64,000 nucleotides of DNA from the IMG/VR virus record IMGVR_UViG_2703718833_000007, positions 1 through 64,000 of that record. One strand, 5' to 3'. This DNA comes from a virus. Taxonomy: Duplodnaviria; Heunggongvirae; Uroviricota; Caudoviricetes. The position numbers and the translations under genes are program-made. The notes under the pieces were generated by a model. It was not told the origin of the DNA. It did no database searches and was given only the letters and a program-made list of their open reading frames with translations. How positions within the stretch are numbered: position 1 is the first letter of the stretch; each line of letters starts with the position of its first letter. Below are positions 56,506-64,000 of this stretch, piece by piece.

Positions 56506-56633
56506 TGAAATGTTGAATTGCCGGGTGCAAGAGTAAACATCTTATTCGGGATTGCCGGATGCGACGCTGGCCGCGTCTTATCCGGCCTCCATAAGAGTAG
56601 CCCGATACGCTTGCGCATCGGGCGCTATCCTGG

Positions 56634-57569
56634 TTATTTCACTTCAACCACATTCAGCCGTAACTCATCCAACTGATTTTCATCTTCTTCTGGCTGCCAG
56701 CACGCCGGTTGTAGTGGGATCTCTTCGCGATCAAACGCCAGATCACCCCCGTTAACCACTTCAGAACCGTGGGTGATGCCTTTGAAATCGAACAGGTTGG
56801 TATCGCACAGATGCGACGGCACCACATTCTGCATCGCGCTGAACATCGTCTCGATACGCCCTGGATAACGTTTATCCCAGTCACGCAACATGTCAGCAAT
56901 CACCTGACGTTGCAGGTTAGGCTGTGAACCGCACAGGTTGCACGGAATAATCGGGAACGCTTTTGCATCGGCAAATCGCTGAATATCTTTCTCGCGGCAG
57001 TAGGCCAGCGGACGAATAACGATATGTTTGCCATCATCGCTCATCAGTTTCGGAGGCATACCTTTCATCTTACCGCCGTAGAACATATTTAAGAACAACG
57101 TTTGCAGGATATCGTCACGATGGTGACCCAACGCGATCTTCGTCGCCCCCAGTTCCGTTGCGGTACGATAAAGGATACCGCGACGAAGGCGAGAACACAG
57201 TGAGCAAGTGGTTTTGCCCTCTGGAATCTTCTCTTTCACGATACCGTAAGTATTCTCTTCAACAATCTTGTACTCAACGCCCAGCTTTTCAAGATACTCG
57301 GGCAGAACGTGTTCCGGGAAGCCCGGTTGCTTTTGATCGAGGTTAACAGCCACCAGCGAAAAATTGATTGGCGCGCTTTGCTGCAAATTGCGCAGAATCT
57401 CCAGCATGGTATAGCTGTCTTTACCCCCGGAGAGGCAAACCATGATGCGATCGCCTTCTTCAATCATATTGAAGTCAGCAATGGCTTCGCCCACGTTACG
57501 ACGCAGACGTTTTTGTAATTTGTTCAGATTGTATTGTTCTTTCTTTGTAATTTGTTGATTTTCTTGCAT
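56634..57569 (-). CDS. ttcA: tRNA 2-thiocytidine biosynthesis protein TtcA
   Basis: 311 aa; PP-loop SGGKDS motif and Cys clusters. Confidence 0.9.
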
Positions 57570-57620
57570 TATTTCAGTTCTCTGGTACTAAATGGGGCAA
57601 ATTGGGGGCAAACTTTGCAA

Positions 57621-58856
57621 CTACGATAACCGCGCATTCAACATGGCTATCTGTTCGTCGTTCATGTCATCAATCCACATACCGTAAATTTCATACACCA
57701 TCTGCGCAGTTTCATGCCCCATTTGGCTGGCTATAAATGCCGGGTTCGCTCCTGCCGTCAACAGCCAGCAGGCAAAAGTATGCCGCGTATGGTACGGATT
57801 ACGGCGGCGAATACCAGCACGTTTTACTGCTGCATTCCACCTTGCCCCCAAACTGCTTACCGAGTAATAAGGTTTTTGTTTTCCGTTACACACCCTGGGC
57901 ATGAAAACAAAATGCAGTTTTTGCTTTTCGGTTCTGCCGTACTCCCGATGATAAAAGGTGATTTCGCTTTTGCGATGATGCCCGGTCAGTTTGTATTGCT
58001 CCTTCAGTGCTTCAAGAGCAGGCTGCAGTAGTGTTACTGTTCGGATCCCGGCATTTGTTTTTGGGGGACCGAACATATCAAGTATCGTCAGGTTTCTTCT
58101 GACATTCACTATTCCCTTTTCGAGATCCACATCCTCCCACGCCAGAGCTGCCAGTTCCCCGTGACGAAGTCCTGAGTAAACGGCAAATTTCCACAAGTTC
58201 TGGCTCTGTCCTTTTTCACTTTCCATTAATGCATTGAATTCTGTTTTAGATAACGGATCAGGCTTTATTCTGTTTCGCTGTAATTTTTTTACTCCTTCAA
58301 ATGGTTTGGTTGATATAAATCCCGACTGATACGCAAAACGCAACAGCGAACAGAGCAGGGCGATATAGTTATCAACTGTGCGCACGGTTCTTCCTTTTTT
58401 GTTGGATCTTGGATTATCCAGGTAAAGCGTTTCTCCATGCAGCAGTTCATTCCGGTAGTTTAAGATATCGCTATAACGAATATGTGATATCGGGGTACTT
58501 TCACAAATTATTATTCTGAGTGTTTTTAATTGTGATTTTGTTTTCTTCATTGTGTATGTTGTTAACTCTGTCTCTTTAATTTTTGTCCAGATATCACAAA
58601 GCTCTCCGAACGTTTTTATGACTCTCGTTGTCACCATTTTTGCCCCAGTGCTGGACTGGGGAAAACGTCTTAAATACTCAAATTCACCGGAGTTTATTTC
58701 ATGAACTATCAGCGCTCTTAAATTTCCGGCCTTTTTAATATTACTGTTTGTAATCTCCCAGCCTTTTAATGTTTCCCGACATCGTTTTCCTCGAAACATG
58801 AACCAGATGCGAATGTATCTACCTCTAATCTCGACACCTGTTGGTAATTTAGACAT
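57621..58856 (-). CDS. intR: Rac prophage tyrosine integrase
   Basis: 411 aa; tyrosine recombinase C-terminal motifs (R...HxxR...Y). Confidence 0.9.
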   Translation of the reverse strand: MSKLPTGVEIRGRYIRIWFMFRGKRCRETLKGWEITNSNIKKAGNLRALIVHEINSGEFEYLRRFPQSSTGAKMVTTRVIKTFGELCDIWTKIKETELTTYTMKKTKSQLKTLRIIICESTPISHIRYSDILNYRNELLHGETLYLDNPRSNKKGRTVRTVDNYIALLCSLLRFAYQSGFISTKPFEGVKKLQRNRIKPDPLSKTEFNALMESEKGQSQNLWKFAVYSGLRHGELAALAWEDVDLEKGIVNVRRNLTILDMFGPPKTNAGIRTVTLLQPALEALKEQYKLTGHHRKSEITFYHREYGRTEKQKLHFVFMPRVCNGKQKPYYSVSSLGARWNAAVKRAGIRRRNPYHTRHTFACWLLTAGANPAFIASQMGHETAQMVYEIYGMWIDDMNDEQIAMLNARLS

Positions 58857-58857
58857 A

Positions 58858-59073
58858 TCATGAGTCTTTGATAAACTGATTTATCTTTGGATAGTTGTAC
58901 CAGATAATCCCTCGTTTGCTGTCTGGCTTACCTAAAGGAGATACTCGTTTGAAGTGGAAGCCCTCCACCCAACAGTTCTGGCGGTATGCTTCAATTTGTC
59001 TGGCCCCCAGACCAGTGCGAAGCATCAGGCCGTATTCAACCATCCACTCTTCATTAAAGATTACTTGTGCCAT
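58858..59073 (-). CDS. xisR: Rac excisionase
   Basis: 71 aa from internal Met [10 protein letters not shown]; directly upstream of intR. Confidence 0.75.
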   Translation of the reverse strand: MAQVIFNEEWMVEYGLMLRTGLGARQIEAYRQNCWVEGFHFKRVSPLGKPDSKRGIIWYNYPKINQFIKDS

Positions 59074-59151
59074 CGCATCACCTCTGGCAGGCGCCAATGT
59101 TAGACTGAAATTGACGCCCGATGTTGATTATTAATAATAAGCTATGAAGTT

Positions 59152-59361
59152 TTAATTTGAATACAATGCAATTCTCGAGGACTGAAGTTTCTCGCAATTA
59201 AAATTTATCAGTTTTACTTTCTGCTCTCTGGAAACGCCTGCTTCTTTTTTACCTGAGAGCATTTTTTCGCATTCTGATTTCGTTAGTTTAGATTTTGAAT
59301 ATCTTGTCCAGTTAGTAGGAGTGCCACCTTCCTTTTCAATAGTGGCGGTAATTTTATACAT
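59152..59361 (-). CDS. rcbA: Rac small protein RcbA-like
   Basis: Track ORF 93 aa; likely 69 aa from MYKITATIEK; assignment from recalled Rac gene order. Confidence 0.5.
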   Translation of the reverse strand: MYKITATIEKEGGTPTNWTRYSKSKLTKSECEKMLSGKKEAGVSREQKVKLINFNCEKLQSSRIALYSN

Positions 59362-59548
59362 GAACACCTCCATTATTATTTCCAGTGGTTCGTTTATTCC
59401 ATCTTTCGAGTGCTTCTTTTTCACCTCCACCATAACCGGTTCGGGATTCGCATCCGTTACACTTCGCTCGGTAATATCCTGAAATGGCTTTCACCGTTAC
59501 TGATGGACAACCACAAAATGGACATGGTTTAACATTGTCATATCTCAT
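59354..59548 (-). CDS. ralR: RalR / Lar (restriction alleviation protein; type I toxin)
   Basis: 64 aa from MRYDNVKPCPFCGC; CxxC...CxxC zinc-ribbon. Confidence 0.7.
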   Translation of the reverse strand: MRYDNVKPCPFCGCPSVTVKAISGYYRAKCNGCESRTGYGGGEKEALERWNKRTTGNNNGGVHV

Positions 59549-59604
59549 AATTTTTCTCATAAAAAATATTTCAAGTTGGCGGTGCATTACACCGCCAGGC
59601 TGAA

Positions 59605-60414
59605 TTATTCCTCTGAATTATCGATTACACTGTATTCCCCGGTTAATACAGAGGAATCTGCAGGATCGATTGTCAGTGGTTCCTTTTCATCCATTGATAC
59701 TGCACGCTGGATCTCAATTGATACGGGCAGATATTTGAACAGGCGACGAATAGCCGTTTTCTTTGCCATTTCTTCCCAGTGAGTTACCCACGGCCCGTTA
59801 TTACCAGCTTTACTCAGGCTGCGCACCAGCTCAATCTGTTTGCGCGTCATAACTTCAAACTGAGTACCTCCGTCTTTCAGTCTTGCGACAGCATAGACGT
59901 GGGTAACCGGGGCATCTTCGTTTTCTCCCGGGCGGTGTATTAACTTTTCATCAAGGCCAAATTCGAAGCTAAACTCGTCACCTTCACGGACAACACGGGC
60001 TGACAGGCTGGCGATTTGACCAGAACGGCGAGCCAGATCAATCATGCCGCGATAGCCAATGATTAGCTGAACGTTCTTTTTACCGCTCTTTTCGTTTTTA
60101 TTACCAAAAGGCAGTAAATATGCATGACCGAGGGCGCTACCTGGCTCAAGTCCGAGCTGTGAACACTGTACGATCGCACTGACAAAACTCATAGTGTCAC
60201 AGTTTCCTAACGCCGGAACTTTACGAATTTCTGTGGTGGCGATACGGATCATACGTTCAGCCGTCATATGGCGTGGAAGAGCTGCTGCCAGTTGCTCTTT
60301 CATTGATGGCTGGTTAATAAAACTAATCACGTCGCTATTTTTAACTGCTGCTGGTGCACGGTTTCCCTGAGTTTTTTGCAGATCGGTTTTTGCGATTGGT
60401 GGTTGCTTAGTCAT
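59605..60414 (-). CDS. recT: RecT single-strand annealing protein
   Basis: 269 aa from MTKQPPIAK; start overlaps recE stop. Confidence 0.9.
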   Translation of the reverse strand: MTKQPPIAKTDLQKTQGNRAPAAVKNSDVISFINQPSMKEQLAAALPRHMTAERMIRIATTEIRKVPALGNCDTMSFVSAIVQCSQLGLEPGSALGHAYLLPFGNKNEKSGKKNVQLIIGYRGMIDLARRSGQIASLSARVVREGDEFSFEFGLDEKLIHRPGENEDAPVTHVYAVARLKDGGTQFEVMTRKQIELVRSLSKAGNNGPWVTHWEEMAKKTAIRRLFKYLPVSIEIQRAVSMDEKEPLTIDPADSSVLTGEYSVIDNSEE

Positions 60415-63007
60415 TTGCATATTCCTTAGCCCAGCGGGGCAGTGATAATGTCTTAATAGCTGGCCATTCATCGGTATTCAGGCAGTCAGACAGGGTTCGC
60501 AGATTGCGGTGATATTCCTGTTGACCTGCCAGTTTTGCTTCTTCGCCCATCATGAAAATTTCAACCGGATAACGTCCGCATTCAATAGTTGTGCTGGCAA
60601 CCAGAAAAACGAAAGTTGGCTGCACTCCAAACTGTGCTTCATAACCGTCACTGTAGAATGCATCCTGAACGTGATAGCGGTAGTCGTAATAAGCGGTTTT
60701 GAATCGTTGAATATCCGCCGTAGTTTTCACGTCCATGATCCAGTGAAATTCAGGGATAATTTTGTCCGGACGGCACCGACACAAAATTCCTGTTTCAGGA
60801 TCTTCCCAGTAAATTGATGATTCAGCGTGTCCGGCGCTTTCAACAAGCCATTGCCCCAGCGGCAAAGCCATAACGCTTTGATACATGAGTTCAATTTTCC
60901 GGCCTTCTTCCGCAGTGATAACCGTTTTTCCTGTGCTTGCGCATTCCATCAGAAACGCTTTCTCTTCTTCTTTTCCGGCGTTTGTACGGCGGTTAAATTC
61001 AGGTGCTACGATAAAGCGGTTACTGAATTCCTCCGGTTCAAGTACCCGGCAGTGGAAAGCGGTTCCTAAATCGAGCGTTTTTGTCTTTGTGGTGTCCACG
61101 GGGGCATTTTTACGCCACAAATATAGTGCCGGAGTATCAGCAATGTCATCGAGCTGAGACTTACTGACACCGGGACCCGCGTGGTAATTCTCATTCGAAA
61201 TTCCGTAATAAATACCTGGCTCTATGTCTTCTACGATTACGGGATCTGCGACTTCGCCAGTTTCATCACTGCAATCGCGATGCGGATCGCTGCCAGCATT
61301 CTCATTGTGCGGATGTTCAGCGCCTTCCATTTCCTCCGGATCATTTTCCTTAGCTTCAACCTGACTCTCTTCATCGAATGTTTCCTGGTATGTTGCGTCG
61401 CCCATCACCGCACCACAGTCAGGGCAGTTATCCCCGCCAGTCTGGCCGCAGGCATTGCAGGCTATTTCCGGTTCCTGTTGCACTACTGGCTCAGGTTGAT
61501 TCATATCCGGGCTGGTTTTTTCCGTTTCTGGCTGGTTCTGGTACACACAATCGCGAGTCTGGATCCCCTTTACCCATTTCGGATCGTTCGGGTCGCTAAT
61601 TCCGTCAACAAATTCACCACGTGATGCAGCAAGCAATTTATCGGCATCGACAGGATTTTTTGATGGAATGTTTTTCCGGGCTTCATGGAGTTCTGCCCGC
61701 AGTTCCTGATATTTCGCATCAACAGAATTTACCTGTGACTGAGCATCCAGCGGCTGCGTGTCCTGATGATGTTCAGTTGCGTCCGGTTCCATTGTTTCAG
61801 CCTCTCCCTGTTCAACTGCCGTTGTTCCAGATGGTTGCGGTTTTTCTTCATCATCCTGTTTTCCTTCTTCTGTTACTCGCTGCGGCATCGGGGCAGAGGA
61901 GCGACCGCAGGCAATATCCACGATTTCCGGATCAGGGTTGGCATGATCGGTTTCAGTCAGTACTTTGTTCAGATATTCAGTGACGTGCGCGGGGATGACC
62001 TCGATCCCAATTGGTGCTTCTTTTACGGACGCAACCACGATGGCGCGGGAATAATCCAGCCCGCCAGGCATGGTGATGAATTTGTCGCGGAAAACAGAAA
62101 AGGGCGGTTTATTTTCAGCGATAATTTCCTCAATGCGTTTAGCGTGTGCCGGATGAAGGTTATAGATGTCCAGATCCATTGAACGGGCCAGTACGCCAGT
62201 GGCTACGTCGCGCGCCAGTGACGTCAGATCGTGTACGAAACCTTCGCCGCGATCGGTGAGGTTTCCGCCGCCAGCATTAGCACCGGAAGCCGTGCGAGTG
62301 ATGTGTGAAACACGATTACCCTTCATCCACTCTTTTGTCAGCAGTCCTCGATCGGTGTAGTCAGCGTTCAGGTATGCTTCGAAAAAAGCAGTTATCAGTC
62401 CCAGGTTTGAATTACCAGGATTAGGGAAAACTTTGTCAGTGTCACGAACCAGTTTGTGGAGTTCGCGAATTTCCAGCGGGTCGAGCAGGCTGGTTTTGTG
62501 GGAAACAGCCAGGGCAGTAACAGCCGGTAGTTCTTCAGCCCGAGCAATGTGTAATGCCTGGAGTCCGTCGCGTGAAACGTGCGTTACCGGTTTTTCGCTG
62601 CCGTGTTGAGCAAGCCAACGAATGGGCAGTTCCTGGCCAGAAATTGGGAGTAGCATATTCTCCTCAATCTCAGTCATGTCTTCGCCGTTGACGTTGGTAT
62701 TGCCTTGATAGTGAGCGTTGTCTGGTGCTGCTCCCGGTTTTAGTTCCCATGTCATGGAGTCTTTGCTGAGTTGATAGCGTTCACTCCAGGTAAAATCGAT
62801 CTCACCTTCAGCGGGCAGGTCATTAACGACAGGAAAATTCGTGGCAACAGCTTTAAAATAGCTGCTCAGTTTTTTACCTGACTTAACGATCAGGTAGTCC
62901 AGAGTGGCACAGGTCGATTCAAAATCGTTGCTTGCCCACAGGACGACGTCAGGTTCACCGGATGATTTTTTCGCTTTCCGTAACAGGAAGAGTGGTTTTG
63001 TGCTCAT
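60407..63007 (-). CDS. recE: RecE exonuclease VIII
   Basis: 866 aa; followed by recT. Confidence 0.9.
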   Translation of the reverse strand: MSTKPLFLLRKAKKSSGEPDVVLWASNDFESTCATLDYLIVKSGKKLSSYFKAVATNFPVVNDLPAEGEIDFTWSERYQLSKDSMTWELKPGAAPDNAHYQGNTNVNGEDMTEIEENMLLPISGQELPIRWLAQHGSEKPVTHVSRDGLQALHIARAEELPAVTALAVSHKTSLLDPLEIRELHKLVRDTDKVFPNPGNSNLGLITAFFEAYLNADYTDRGLLTKEWMKGNRVSHITRTASGANAGGGNLTDRGEGFVHDLTSLARDVATGVLARSMDLDIYNLHPAHAKRIEEIIAENKPPFSVFRDKFITMPGGLDYSRAIVVASVKEAPIGIEVIPAHVTEYLNKVLTETDHANPDPEIVDIACGRSSAPMPQRVTEEGKQDDEEKPQPSGTTAVEQGEAETMEPDATEHHQDTQPLDAQSQVNSVDAKYQELRAELHEARKNIPSKNPVDADKLLAASRGEFVDGISDPNDPKWVKGIQTRDCVYQNQPETEKTSPDMNQPEPVVQQEPEIACNACGQTGGDNCPDCGAVMGDATYQETFDEESQVEAKENDPEEMEGAEHPHNENAGSDPHRDCSDETGEVADPVIVEDIEPGIYYGISNENYHAGPGVSKSQLDDIADTPALYLWRKNAPVDTTKTKTLDLGTAFHCRVLEPEEFSNRFIVAPEFNRRTNAGKEEEKAFLMECASTGKTVITAEEGRKIELMYQSVMALPLGQWLVESAGHAESSIYWEDPETGILCRCRPDKIIPEFHWIMDVKTTADIQRFKTAYYDYRYHVQDAFYSDGYEAQFGVQPTFVFLVASTTIECGRYPVEIFMMGEEAKLAGQQEYHRNLRTLSDCLNTDEWPAIKTLSLPRWAKEYAND

Positions 63008-63108
63008 TGTTTTTTAACCTCAACTCAGATTAAAATTCGTTTTGTTCAGTGAATGATCTTGCCGGATACACACTGTTCATAGCCTGCGCCATACGCAGGC
63101 TATTTCTT

Positions 63109-63384
63109 TCAGATTTCACCTTTTAATTTCATTGCAATTAGAGTTGCCAGAAATTCGGCTTTTTTTTCTGCGGGCAGATTCTTTCCGATATGCACCAGGC
63201 ACATTTTTTTGACACCTTCATCAAGTGTTTTTACGTTGCCTGATGGACCATCGATATCAACCACAGTGAATGGGGTTTCTTTATTTTCTGTTTTAATTAC
63301 GTAGCCAATGCGCTTTCCTTCCAGATTCACCTCGTGAACAATGTCATCGGTAGTTACAACAGTGGCTTCATAATTGGTAATCAT
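63109..63384 (-). CDS. racC: RacC
   Basis: 91 aa from MITNYEATVV. Confidence 0.7.
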   Translation of the reverse strand: MITNYEATVVTTDDIVHEVNLEGKRIGYVIKTENKETPFTVVDIDGPSGNVKTLDEGVKKMCLVHIGKNLPAEKKAEFLATLIAMKLKGEI

Positions 63385-63458
63385 GTTTTTCTCCTTAATT
63401 AAGGTTGAGCGAATACCTGCCATTTCTGGCATAAATTCAGTTTCGAATAGTCAATTAA

Positions 63459-63629
63459 TTAAAGTTCATGTGCCATCTGGTCTTTTTCGGCACAAGCTTC
63501 ACTGCAATATTTTCTCGGTTCGTCTTTTGATAAAATCCCGTGCATGAAGTGAAGCATTCTTTCAATAGCTTTGCTTTCTTCAACGTCTTTTTTGCAAAGG
63601 TGGTAAGCACATTTTATTTTCTTAGTCAT
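63459..63629 (-). CDS. ydaE: YdaE-like small Cys-rich protein (56 aa)
   Basis: [56 protein letters not shown]; below track cutoff. Confidence 0.55.
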   Translation of the reverse strand: MTKKIKCAYHLCKKDVEESKAIERMLHFMHGILSKDEPRKYCSEACAEKDQMAHEL

Positions 63630-63850
63630 CACCATGACTCCGCCTTTACAGGTAAACCATCACGACCGAGGAAGACTTTAATCATGCGGTCAGTAATGCA
63701 TGTTTTTGTGGTCAGGTTACGAATATATAGTTTTCGCTTTTTAATATTGTTTGCCGAGGCAATATATGTCCGGCCTTCATGAAGAACATAATCGCCAGGA
63801 GTCACACACTGACGTGGTATTTCATCAGTTCCGAAGTGATGTGCAATCAT
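63629..63850 (-). CDS. kilR: KilR (Rac killing protein, cell-division inhibitor)
   Basis: 73 aa from [10 protein letters not shown]. Confidence 0.7.
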   Translation of the reverse strand: MIAHHFGTDEIPRQCVTPGDYVLHEGRTYIASANNIKKRKLYIRNLTTKTCITDRMIKVFLGRDGLPVKAESW

Positions 63851-64000
63851 AATTATCTCCATTTTTACAAATGAACTTTGTTGATGCGGTGCCTGGTGCC
63901 TCCAGGTGACTGCAACCAGTTAACAATTACAGTCGGCTTTCCCACCCAAACCAATAAGGACTAACATGACTTTTAACTGTGCCACGTGCGCTTAGCCGCA

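Larger units (their letters stand above)
57570..64000. mobile_element. Rac-like prophage, integrase-proximal end (partial)
   Basis: intR-xisR-rcbA-ralR-recT-recE-racC-ydaE-kilR gene order adjacent to ttcA as recalled for E. coli K-12 Rac. Confidence 0.85.

Overview
The window holds about 53 kb of a lambdoid-type prophage (1-53275), then the host genes zntB, fnrS, dbpA and ttcA (53671-57569), then the integrase-proximal end of a Rac-like prophage (57621-64000: intR, xisR, rcbA, ralR, recT, recE, racC, ydaE, kilR). Host and Rac gene names are assigned from recalled E. coli K-12 sequences, not from a search. The first prophage is mosaic: the immunity region has a cI-like repressor followed by a terminator, a near-consensus promoter, a boxA/boxB nut-like site and an N-like gene; the replication arm (O-like initiator, Rha, DnaB helicase, NinB) runs the other way toward an AlpA-like gene at the window start. 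Lysis genes resemble phage 21 (pinholin, SAR endolysin, Rz/Rz1), the head module is non-lambda (terminase, portal, Mu-F-like, capsid), and the tail is lambda-like (tape measure, M, L, K, I, J, tail fiber). The most unusual feature is a tandem array of seven tiny (22-32 aa) single-helix hydrophobic ORFs at 26338-26989, between lysis and terminase, which fall below the ORF-track cutoff. Other candidates are three reverse-oriented accessory cassettes inside the tail module, five HNH-AP2 endonuclease genes at module junctions (one splitting the lysis cassette), and a J protein expanded by 36-aa tandem repeats. Coordinates of features not in the ORF track were read by hand and may be off by a base or two; no CRISPR array or tRNA was found.
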